From: an uncultured Dehalococcoidia bacterium
GTDB taxonomy: Bacteria > Chloroflexota > Dehalococcoidia > Lucifugimonadales > CAJWER01
Length of the DNA: 64,000 bases
Assembly (NCBI GenBank): GCA_964608025.1
Contig: CAZSLO010000001.1
Coordinates: 3,114 to 67,113, forward strand
Direction: 5' to 3'
This document shows, piece by piece, positions 40,143-48,265 of this stretch. Numbering within the stretch: the first letter of the stretch is position 1; each line of letters opens with the position of its first letter. Position numbers and translations under genes: made by a program. The notes under the pieces are model-generated. The model was given only the letters and a program-made list of their open reading frames with translations. It was not told the origin of the DNA and did not search any database.

Positions 40143-41075
40143 CTATGAATGTGAGTCGAGGGCGCGGTTGTGGGCTACAAGCAAGCAAGCCGTGATGAAG
40201 TCATTGGTTGGTGTATTAACTCCAACTTCTTTGCCAATGCGAGAGACGGCTCCATTGAGAACGCTTACCTCAAGCCTGCCACCCTTCTGCAGATCGGAAA
40301 ACATCGATGATACCGGTGTACCTTCGACCTTTCTGAATACTTCGAGTGTGTTCTCCACGATATCTTTCTCAAGAGAGACCTGCTTTGCCTTTCCGACTGA
40401 GAATGTTTCTTCCAAGACGGACCGGGTCATCATTGCAGCCTCTGGTGTATCTAATATCTGAGGGAAGAAAGTCCTGGTGATGCAAATCATTCCACTCCAA
40501 GCTGTAATGTATACTAATTTTTCCCATAATGCCTTTGTGACATCGTCGGAAAGTTCTACTGGTACACCGGCTGTTGAAAATATCTCATGGATTTGCTCGG
40601 AGCGTTTACTGATATGACCATCTGGTTCACCGAAAACGATTCTAGGGCTATCGCCTGTTTCCGTGACCAAGCCTGGCTCTCTTTTGTCACCATCAATGTA
40701 AGTGGCTCCTAGGAGTATGTTCTCGGATCCGAATGCCTTTGCTAGTTGATCACCACTCCCAATTCCATTCTGTAGGGTCAATATCGTACTATTGGGTCCT
40801 ACAGCGGGTGTGATCAGGGAGATAGCCTCCGCATTGTCATACCCTTTTACGCAAAAGAGCACGAGATCCGCAGTGTGGTTTTCTGCGGGCTGAGAAGTGG
40901 TCTTGGGATGCACGGTGAAGTTGCCGAAATTCCTGCTTTCCACTCTCAGTCCCGTGTGGGAAATACTTTCTAGATGTTGCCCTCTGGCCACGATAGTCAC
41001 ATCATGACCGGATCGATTGAGAATTCCACCATAGAATCCTCCTACCCCTCCTGCTCCCATAACTAGAACTTTCAT
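40143..41075 (-). CDS. panE: 2-dehydropantoate 2-reductase
   Basis: GAGGVGG, CVKGYD, LQNG, LWEKL, SSMFSD...G.RLE...LNG. Confidence 0.88.
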   Translation of the reverse strand: MKVLVMGAGGVGGFYGGILNRSGHDVTIVARGQHLESISHTGLRVESRNFGNFTVHPKTTSQPAENHTADLVLFCVKGYDNAEAISLITPAVGPNSTILTLQNGIGSGDQLAKAFGSENILLGATYIDGDKREPGLVTETGDSPRIVFGEPDGHISKRSEQIHEIFSTAGVPVELSDDVTKALWEKLVYITAWSGMICITRTFFPQILDTPEAAMMTRSVLEETFSVGKAKQVSLEKDIVENTLEVFRKVEGTPVSSMFSDLQKGGRLEVSVLNGAVSRIGKEVGVNTPTNDFITACLLVAHNRALDSHS

Positions 41076-41168
41076 TTCAACCTCCTAAGTCTTCTATTTG
41101 CGAAAAGCCCAGAAATATCGACCTGCGATGGTATAATCATTCGACTCTTGTTATAGCAGAGGTTTAGG

Positions 41169-41684
41169 ATGATCGAGGTCGGCCAACAGGCACCAGAATT
41201 CACTCTGGTAGATCATAATAAGCGATTGGTTTCTCTGAGTCAGTATCGTGGTAAAAAAAACGTCGTCCTTTCATTTTTTGTCTTCGCTTTCACTGACAAC
41301 TGAACGAGCCAAATCTCCGAATTTCGAGAGTATAACTCGAAATTCATAGAGAGAGACACCCAGGTGTTGGGTGTGAGTTGTGATCCCAGGGCAAGCCTTG
41401 CTGCTTATACCCTGTCTCTGGGACCATCTACTACTTACCCGATAATATTGTTGAGTGATTTTCACCCTCATGGGCACATGACCAAAACTTACGGACTGTT
41501 TAACGATGAAAATGGAGCACCGTACCGGGCTGTTGTTATCGTAGACAAAAAAGGGCTAGTCAGATTTGCCAGGACTTACACGAGTGTCCGGCGCCCTGGC
41601 TCAACGAGTCAAGGTGTTACCGATTCAGATCTTAAGGTACTAGAAATACTTGGCGAGATCGATAAAATTAACCTAAATCCTTGA
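41169..41684 (+). CDS. Selenocysteine-containing peroxiredoxin (AhpC/TSA family)
   Basis: MIEVGQQAPEFTL...VVLSFFVFAFTDN(TGA 41301-03)TSQ...VLGVSCD...LLSDFHPHG...RAVVIVDK; TGA sits at the peroxidatic TxxC position and continues in frame into ORF 41364-41684; selB is in the window. Confidence 0.85.
41319..41345 (+). promoter_or_regulatory. SECIS-like hairpin
   Basis: Perfect stem GAATTTCGAG-AGTATAA-CTCGAAATTC; the loop begins 25 nt after the UGA and has GU at loop positions 2-3. Confidence 0.65.
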
Positions 41685-41771
41685 GTAAACTTTTCTTAGA
41701 TCCGGCTAGCTCTTATGTTTATCTTCATGTTGATATCGATTTGACTGCCCAGATTATTTGCAGGTGGTTTT

Positions 41772-42581
41772 ATGAATGATTCGAAACGGCGAAACGTATT
41801 TAATCAAGGCGATCAGTGTATGCTTGTCGACAAGCGGGAGCGTCGTTATCTAATCAAGCTTGAAGAATCGTCTTTGTTTAGTACTCATCTTGGTGACCTG
41901 TCGCATGATGATGTGATAGGTCACCAAGATGGGTCGCGTGTTACCACGTCCCGAGGGCACGTGGTTTTGGCACTTAAGCCAACCATGGCTGACTATACTC
42001 GCCTAATGCCTCGAATAGCCACTGTTATATACCCGAAGGACATAGGCGCTATTTTGGCCTTGGGTGATATTTATCCTGGGCTCAAAATAGTTGAAGCTGG
42101 ATGTGGATCCGGAGCTGTTACCCTTGTTTTGGCCCGAACGGTAGGTGATCAAGGCCAAGTCATCACGTATGACGTACGACAAGATATGATCGATCGTGCG
42201 AGAGAGAATGTTGCAATTGCTCTACCAGACCACCCTCAACTGCAATTTAAACTTGGCGATGTATCGAAGCAGATTGACGAATCTGATGTAGATAGGATAT
42301 TCCTTGATCTACCAGAGCCATGGGACGTGGTTCCTCATGCAGGGGATGCCTTGGTCCCGGGAGGAATATTTATCAGCTTTGTGCCCACGGTGCTTCAGTT
42401 CCAAGATTTAACCACAGCCCTTAGGGCCGATCGCAGATTCCAACTCATCGAAACAGTAGAAGTTTTGGTAAGGCCCTGGTCTTCTGGAAGCCGTAGCGTT
42501 CGCCCTGCTCAACGTATGGTTGCTCATACTGGATTTATAACCACGGCGCGAAAGTGTGAGAAGTCCAAACAAGAAGACTAG
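41772..42581 (+). CDS. trmI: tRNA (adenine58-N1)-methyltransferase
   Basis: MPR.ATVIYPKD, EAGCGSGA, LDLPEPW, VRP..RMVAHTGF. Confidence 0.9.
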   Translation: MNDSKRRNVFNQGDQCMLVDKRERRYLIKLEESSLFSTHLGDLSHDDVIGHQDGSRVTTSRGHVVLALKPTMADYTRLMPRIATVIYPKDIGAILALGDIYPGLKIVEAGCGSGAVTLVLARTVGDQGQVITYDVRQDMIDRARENVAIALPDHPQLQFKLGDVSKQIDESDVDRIFLDLPEPWDVVPHAGDALVPGGIFISFVPTVLQFQDLTTALRADRRFQLIETVEVLVRPWSSGSRSVRPAQRMVAHTGFITTARKCEKSKQED

Positions 42582-42598
42582 AGGAAGTGTGAAGGCTA

Positions 42599-43828
42599 TT
42601 AAAAACCTATTGAGTTTTCTGGTTTCCAGACAGTGTGAGGATAGCGACCTTCTAGGAGAGGTACGTGCTCTAGACTGAGAAGGGGAGGGCTGCCTAGGTC
42701 TATAGTATCGAGATCTGGCAGGATTTGCTGAAGACTGTCTATGCCTGTGTTTTTTTCCTGGATTAGAACCTTGAAATTGCCGAGTCCAGCTGGTTCTATC
42801 AGTTGACGCATGGCCATCAGGTTTGAATAGAGCTCGGATTGACTAAGTGATGTTTTACGTAATTCCCTGATCCACATTCCTATGCCGAGTTTTTGAAGAT
42901 AATCCGATTGGGTAATTAGGTCGAGGGATTTTATTTGAAATTGTTCTCCTGCGTAAATCACCGAAGAGAAATCAACTTGGCAAGTTATGTCTTGGTGTCC
43001 AATACGTTTATATAGACAATTTGATTGCACATGGTTGTAGAAAGTTTGCATGGTTCCCCTGTCTCTTTTAGAGGAATATAGCTCATACTCAAGATGTCCG
43101 TAGTCAATGGTGAGGATGAAACCGCGCATCAATGCTTTAGAAACTTCCTGTATCCAAGGAGATATACCCAAATTAACTTCGCCACGAAAACCATTTGGGA
43201 GAGGTAGAGATAGGCGATCCAAACGAGCCTTTAGAGCAGGGGTAGATGGCTCCCCTGGCTCTTCTACAATATTCCCTCCATTCTCTGTTACGTAGAGTTC
43301 TCTTGGCTTTCCTTCGTCAATTAAAAAACGATGTACGGGGAAAGCATCGATTAGTTCATTAGATATTAAACATCCCACGATATCGTTGATTGGGATGCCC
43401 AGTGCGAAGATATGATCTATTGCCAATGTATTAGGAGGCGCGTTGAATGATCTTTCTATAGTTACATATCTCAGTGTTTCTACGAAATCAGATTCTAGAC
43501 TGGGAAGATAGTTCATTAAATCTGCTGCAAGACGACCAGTGCCTGAACCAGTTTCTATGACGTAAAATCGTTCTGGGTGACCGAGGGTTTCCCACATCTG
43601 TTGAAGTTGTATTGCGATCATAGCACCGAAGACTGGGTGGGCTGCAGGGCTTGTATAATAATCTCCTGCGGCACCAATCGCTCCACCATTGGTGTAGTAA
43701 CCGTCGGTGGGGTGGTAGAGGGCGAGCTCCATGAACTCAGCGAAGGTGATTCTTCCGTACTGAGCAATCTTTGCCCTGATATCTTGCTCGGCTATAGTGA
43801 GGTTCAATTGATTTAGCACAGGTATCAA
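42599..43828 (-). CDS. SAM-dependent methyltransferase, MidA/NDUFAF7 family
   Basis: FAEFMELALYHP..GYY, GDYYTSP, ETGSGTG, SNELIDAFPVH, IDYG, QDIT..VDF. Confidence 0.88.
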   Translation of the reverse strand: MIPVLNQLNLTIAEQDIRAKIAQYGRITFAEFMELALYHPTDGYYTNGGAIGAAGDYYTSPAAHPVFGAMIAIQLQQMWETLGHPERFYVIETGSGTGRLAADLMNYLPSLESDFVETLRYVTIERSFNAPPNTLAIDHIFALGIPINDIVGCLISNELIDAFPVHRFLIDEGKPRELYVTENGGNIVEEPGEPSTPALKARLDRLSLPLPNGFRGEVNLGISPWIQEVSKALMRGFILTIDYGHLEYELYSSKRDRGTMQTFYNHVQSNCLYKRIGHQDITCQVDFSSVIYAGEQFQIKSLDLITQSDYLQKLGIGMWIRELRKTSLSQSELYSNLMAMRQLIEPAGLGNFKVLIQEKNTGIDSLQQILPDLDTIDLGSPPLLSLEHVPLLEGRYPHTVWKPENSIGF

Positions 43829-43831
43829 TCA

Positions 43832-43874
43832 TAAGCAAGAAGGACCCCAAGTTAGTCGGGGTCCTTCTTGCTTA
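43832..43874 (-). terminator. 17-bp perfect hairpin, probable terminator downstream of 43906-44124
   Basis: TAAGCAAGAAGGACCCC-AAGTTAGTC-GGGGTCCTTCTTGCTTA. Confidence 0.65.
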
Positions 43875-43905
43875 AATTTAGATCCAGGACGTTTCTTATG
43901 CCTAT

Positions 43906-44124
43906 TTACTCCTGGGCTTGTTTTGCCTTTCGTGCTTGGGATCCTGATCTATCCCAACCGGATATAGGCATTGAATTCTTGAACTGGCTCTTTTTACCAC
44001 AGGCCAAACAAACCCCTTCACTAGTTGGTCCGTTTGGACTGTCGATAAGCCACTGATGGTTACATTCTTGCACTTCAGATTCGATTTCAGTCAACTTTTC
44101 CCCCTTGTTGTCTGATATTCCCAC
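43906..44124 (-). CDS. Small zinc-ribbon-like hypothetical protein
   Basis: C.H.W.I..PNGPTS.GVC..CG....F.NS pattern. Confidence 0.7.
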   Translation of the reverse strand: MGISDNKGEKLTEIESEVQECNHQWLIDSPNGPTSEGVCLACGKKSQFKNSMPISGWDRSGSQARKAKQAQE

Positions 44125-44148
44125 CGAGATGATTGGATGTAATGGCTA

Positions 44149-45300
44149 TTATTCTCTTTGATCTAATTGTAGGTATTCGAGATCTTCAGGACCAGAGTAG
44201 TATAGCCGTGGTCGAAGAAGGTCTCGAGATGCATATTGTTCTAGTAGATGTAGTGTCCAGCCGGGAATTCGGCCGATAGCGAAGAGTGGCACGAAGAGGT
44301 CCTCCGGAATTTCTAGCAAGGAGTATATTGCTCCAGACCACAAGTCCACATTAGGGTTGATGCCAAGCTTTGCACGCCTCTGCATGGAGCGGCTATTAGC
44401 AACAGCTTCGATGATCGCGTACCATTTAGTCTGTCCTTTACGCTGTCCTAGTGCTTTAGCGTCAGCTTTTAAGTGAACTGAACGTGGATCAAGATCCTGA
44501 TATACAGGGTGTCCGAACCCCGGGATTCTTCCGCGATTGCTAGTCACAGATTCAACATAAGACTCTGCATTCTCCTCGCTACCTACCTCTTGGACCATCT
44601 GCATCACGGCTTCGGCTGCTCCTCCATGTTTTGGGCCTTTGAGAACAGCTACAGCTGACGTCATAGCTGCGTAATAATCTGCTCCTGTGGAGGCAGCAAC
44701 ACGTGCTGCGAATGTCGAAGCATTGCTTCCGTGTTCTGCGTGAAGCACGAAATCCTTGTCCAAGAGCTTTGCGTCTTGTGGATCAGGTCGTTCACCGAAT
44801 AGTAGGTAAAGAAAGCTCGAAGCGTAGTCTAGAGTTTTATCTGGCTGAACTGGGCTCAAGCCGTTTCTTATGCGATGGTGGGCAGCAACCATCGATGGCA
44901 CCGTGGCCGCCATTCGAATTCCCTTGGTGAGTACCTTCTTGGGGGTCACCGCGGTTAGGTCTGGATCTGAAATGGACATGGCAGAAACCGCTGCGCGTAA
45001 AGCATCCATAGGGTGTGCGTTCTTGTACGTCCCGATGGTTTCTAGGACTGCCTCGGGCAATTCACGGTTAGATTTCAGCGTGGCTTCAAGTTCTTCCAAC
45101 TGGGAACGAGTGGGGAGGGATCCGTAAAGTAGTAGATAAATAGTTTCTTGGAAGTTAGAAAACTTTGCGAGATCGTCTATGTTGTAGCCCCGGTATAGTA
45201 GCTTGCCTGGTTTTGGTACGATAAGGCTTGAGGTCGTCCGATCGTAGTAGCCGTTCCTGAGGCCTTTATTTAATTCTACCTTCTTCTTTTCGACCACCAT
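44149..45300 (-). CDS. Citrate synthase / 2-methylcitrate synthase family
   Basis: LLYRGYNI, LHAEHGSNASTF, GPKHGGA, GFGHPVY, PNVD. Confidence 0.9.
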   Translation of the reverse strand: MVVEKKKVELNKGLRNGYYDRTTSSLIVPKPGKLLYRGYNIDDLAKFSNFQETIYLLLYGSLPTRSQLEELEATLKSNRELPEAVLETIGTYKNAHPMDALRAAVSAMSISDPDLTAVTPKKVLTKGIRMAATVPSMVAAHHRIRNGLSPVQPDKTLDYASSFLYLLFGERPDPQDAKLLDKDFVLHAEHGSNASTFAARVAASTGADYYAAMTSAVAVLKGPKHGGAAEAVMQMVQEVGSEENAESYVESVTSNRGRIPGFGHPVYQDLDPRSVHLKADAKALGQRKGQTKWYAIIEAVANSRSMQRRAKLGINPNVDLWSGAIYSLLEIPEDLFVPLFAIGRIPGWTLHLLEQYASRDLLRPRLYYSGPEDLEYLQLDQRE

Positions 45301-45520
45301 TTAAGTCGGTCTCCCAGAGCAAATTAAGGCTAGGGCCGAAGTCGTTTTTGTAACCGGGGAATGGACTGATATTAAACCGAAATATACCCACTGAATGAGG
45401 TGACGTTTATACCCGAAAACAACTACGATCTTATTACTAAATAGCGGAAAATGTCAAGGAAAACTACATGGCTTTTAGTTAGTGCGGTCGGGGTTTGTAA
45501 TGGGTTTGATAAAGTTAGGA

Positions 45521-45549
45521 TTCACAATGGGTCTATCGGTCGCTATACT
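45521..45549 (+). promoter_or_regulatory. Putative rex promoter
   Basis: TTCACA (45521-26) N17 TATACT (45544-49); the -35 coincides with a Rex half-site TTCACAA. Confidence 0.5.
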
Positions 45550-45558
45550 TGGTCATAT

Positions 45559-46233
45559 ATGTCCAAGTATCCCAATAAACTGTCAAGATTGATGGACTTT
45601 TCTGAAGTTCCTGATGTTGTGATAATCCGGCTTCCGATGTACATCCGAGCTTTGTCACAATTGCTTAGCGCCGACGAGGAAGTTGTCAGTTCAAAGGAAC
45701 TAGGATTGCTTCTGCAGATGACGCCAGCACAGATTCGCAAGGATCTTAGTTACTTCGGGCGTTTTGGTAAGCAAGGTAGAGGATACAGTGTTAGATTTCT
45801 CCGAGATGAACTACGCCAAATTCTGGGTTTGGACAAGGAGTGGTCAGCTTGCTTGATAGGCGTTGGAAATCTGGGAGAAGCAATTATAAATTATCCTGGA
45901 TTCGCTCCCGAAGGATTTAGGGTAGTTGCAGCTTTCGATAGTGACCCACGGCTTATAGGAACTACTGTTAGAAACATCCCTGTGATGCCGATGGCACAAC
46001 TGGATACATTTATCAATGGGGAAGATATTGCGATTGGAATTGTGGCTGTACCGGCCGATGAGGCACAACGCGTTATTAACAGCCTCGTTATTGCTGGAGT
46101 AAAGGGTATATTGAACTATGCACCGGTTGCCCCACATGTGCCACAGGGAGTTGTGATTAGAAATATCGACCCGGTGCTGTCACTTCAGTCTATGACTTAC
46201 TATCTGCTCAAAGTGGATATGGAATCGACATAG
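45559..46233 (+). CDS. rex: Redox-sensing transcriptional repressor Rex (start 45559 or 45592)
   Basis: RLP.Y.R.L, VSSKEL, QIRKDLSYFG.FG..GRGY, GVGNLG, ILNYAP. Confidence 0.95.
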   Translation: MSKYPNKLSRLMDFSEVPDVVIIRLPMYIRALSQLLSADEEVVSSKELGLLLQMTPAQIRKDLSYFGRFGKQGRGYSVRFLRDELRQILGLDKEWSACLIGVGNLGEAIINYPGFAPEGFRVVAAFDSDPRLIGTTVRNIPVMPMAQLDTFINGEDIAIGIVAVPADEAQRVINSLVIAGVKGILNYAPVAPHVPQGVVIRNIDPVLSLQSMTYYLLKVDMEST

Positions 46234-46436
46234 CCAAAGGAATGGTTTCCCAGAATACAAACCCGTAAAGATTTATGCCTGCCGGGTAAAGTAGATAATC
46301 GAAGTACCCGGTTTTGCTATGTAGGTTAAGGTAATTCCCTGATCCTACTTCTACGCATCGAAGATCTAATCCTATAATCCTTGTCGATTCTTGTTGACCT
46401 ATCCAAATCAACGAAACTTCATGTTAGAGTAAAGGA

Positions 46437-46814
46437 ATGTCGCGGTTCATAGTCCATTTTCCTAGTTTAGCGTTGCTCGTTTCTTTGTTATTGGCTGTTT
46501 TGATACCGATAATAGATCACCATTCCGCAGACAATATGCCGGGGCATAAGCATTTATGGTTTGTTTCGGAACATGACCATGGTCACTATCATACTCACGA
46601 AGGTCCTAGAGTTGAAGGACCGGTCTCCTTGGCTATATTCGATCAAGAATCAACCGCTGCTACCATTAGTTTATCAATGTCAGGCAGGCTCCTAAATCGG
46701 GAATACAGCTCTTTTCATCCGACTTCAGAATTCCCAGTACCTGTTTTCAAACATTGGGTTCTCAAAGAATTGTTTGGAAAACCTCCAGAGAAACCCCCTC
46801 CCTCTTTTATGTGA
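46437..46814 (+). CDS. His-rich membrane-targeted leader protein with C-terminal polyproline motif (DUF2946/CutF/CruR-like architecture)
   Basis: N-terminal hydrophobic helix, DHH..PGHKH..EHDHGHYHTH, C-terminus KPPEKPPPSFM; AAGGA upstream. Confidence 0.65.
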   Translation: MSRFIVHFPSLALLVSLLLAVLIPIIDHHSADNMPGHKHLWFVSEHDHGHYHTHEGPRVEGPVSLAIFDQESTAATISLSMSGRLLNREYSSFHPTSEFPVPVFKHWVLKELFGKPPEKPPPSFM

Positions 46815-46892
46815 AACACCATATTTTGGCTTAATACACTGGTTCAGGGAAACTTTGTTGTCAAACATCTAAACTGGTGCTCAGGAGTGGGC

Positions 46893-47456
46893 ATGTATTT
46901 TTTCGCAACCCGTTTTAGGATAGCTATATCGTTCATGGTAGCTATACTCGTGCTGGCCTTGTTTTCGACATCGGTATCAGCTAATGGTCGGGTCACCCGG
47001 TTTGATCTCCTGTCGGCGGATCCGTTTTTGATATCTGTTGGTACTATTCCGGAAACGCCAGTAGCTGGCAATTTGCACTTGACAATGAAAGTCATGGAGA
47101 AATCAACCTCGACTTTCGTAATAGACGCGATGGTTATTGTTAGCGGAACGGGACCTTCTGAAAGAGCCACTGGAGTGGGACCAATTGTTGCAACGAATAA
47201 TTCGCTAGACCCAACATTTTATGACGTGAATTTTTCTGTCGACGAGATAGGAAAATGGGTTTTTACAATTTCAATAGAGGCGGATCCCGGAGAAGCTGAT
47301 GTCATCTTCGAAATTGAAGTTGTGGAGTCTAGTCCTGTTCCAGGGATAATCGCCTTGGCAGTACTCATCACACTGGTAACAATACTAGGATTATCGATTA
47401 GAGCTTTCGTGGTTGAGCAGAAAAAAATCGGTCGAAGAGTATTTCTTAAAAAATAG
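46893..47456 (+). CDS. Exported Ig-like (YtkA/FixH-like) protein with C-terminal TM anchor
   Basis: Signal peptide ending VSA, beta-rich core (YDVNF.VDEIGKW.FTI.I), C-terminal TM helix; ATG 46893 behind AGGAG. Confidence 0.6.
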   Translation: MYFFATRFRIAISFMVAILVLALFSTSVSANGRVTRFDLLSADPFLISVGTIPETPVAGNLHLTMKVMEKSTSTFVIDAMVIVSGTGPSERATGVGPIVATNNSLDPTFYDVNFSVDEIGKWVFTISIEADPGEADVIFEIEVVESSPVPGIIALAVLITLVTILGLSIRAFVVEQKKIGRRVFLKK

Positions 47457-47480
47457 ATACTAAGGTGAAAACAGATTGTA

Positions 47481-48254
47481 ATGAGTTATATAAAATTCGA
47501 ACGAAAAGAAAAATGGATATCAGCCTTCGTAGGTATATTAATCTTGATTGCATCGGTATTGGGATGTAGCAATGGAGATATGCCAGAAGATTTAGAAATT
47601 TCCTTGAACATTCAGAATAGGACGATTGACATAGATCCACCAGTTATAAAGGCAAAAGAGGGAGATTCAGTTACACTTTTAATAAACGCGGATGAATCAG
47701 GTAGTGTCCACCTTCATGGGTATAATATCGAGGTCAATATTGATACCAGCGACATTGCTAAAATAGCATTTGATGCCAATGCAACTGGTTCCTTCGCGCT
47801 GACCTTCCATCCAGGTAGTGATCCACACACCGGCGAACATAATAAACATCAGCATACAGGTGGCCATGGAAATGGAAATAGCCTCCACGGACACGCAGAG
47901 ATATTTGAGTCTGGCACATTGGATCAAGGTGGGAAGTTTAGTTTTGTTTTTGGACAGGATTTGAGTGGAAAGATGGTACCTTTCCACAATCATATGAATC
48001 ATGAAATGGAGGGGTCTGTGATGGTTAGTGACAAAGCTGTACTTTCAAGTCCGGTGAAGATCGAGATCAGAGAAACAGGATTTTCGCCAGTTCAGGTAAC
48101 AGTAAAACCCGACACCTCTGTAGAATGGATTAACCTTGGTGAAAAGCGGGCTCGTATTGCGAGTGGACTGGCTCCAACCATGGATGGTGAGCATCTGGAA
48201 AAACATGTAGATCAAGAGATCACTCTTGGATCTGTGGAGATATATCCTCGGTAA
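47481..48254 (+). CDS. His-rich cupredoxin-like lipoprotein
   Basis: Lipobox VLGC; GDSVTL.I.AD..GSVHLHGY; His-rich linker; FHNHMNHEMEGSVMV; FSP..VTVKP...VEWIN. Confidence 0.65.
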   Translation: MSYIKFERKEKWISAFVGILILIASVLGCSNGDMPEDLEISLNIQNRTIDIDPPVIKAKEGDSVTLLINADESGSVHLHGYNIEVNIDTSDIAKIAFDANATGSFALTFHPGSDPHTGEHNKHQHTGGHGNGNSLHGHAEIFESGTLDQGGKFSFVFGQDLSGKMVPFHNHMNHEMEGSVMVSDKAVLSSPVKIEIRETGFSPVQVTVKPDTSVEWINLGEKRARIASGLAPTMDGEHLEKHVDQEITLGSVEIYPR

Positions 48255-48265
48255 ACGGGATTGCG

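Noticed and set aside
41364..41684. 106-aa ORF as a complete gene, or the locus as a nonsense pseudogene
   Set aside because: It is the C-terminal part of a longer frame whose TGA falls at the catalytic Cys position with a downstream hairpin; Sec readthrough fits better.
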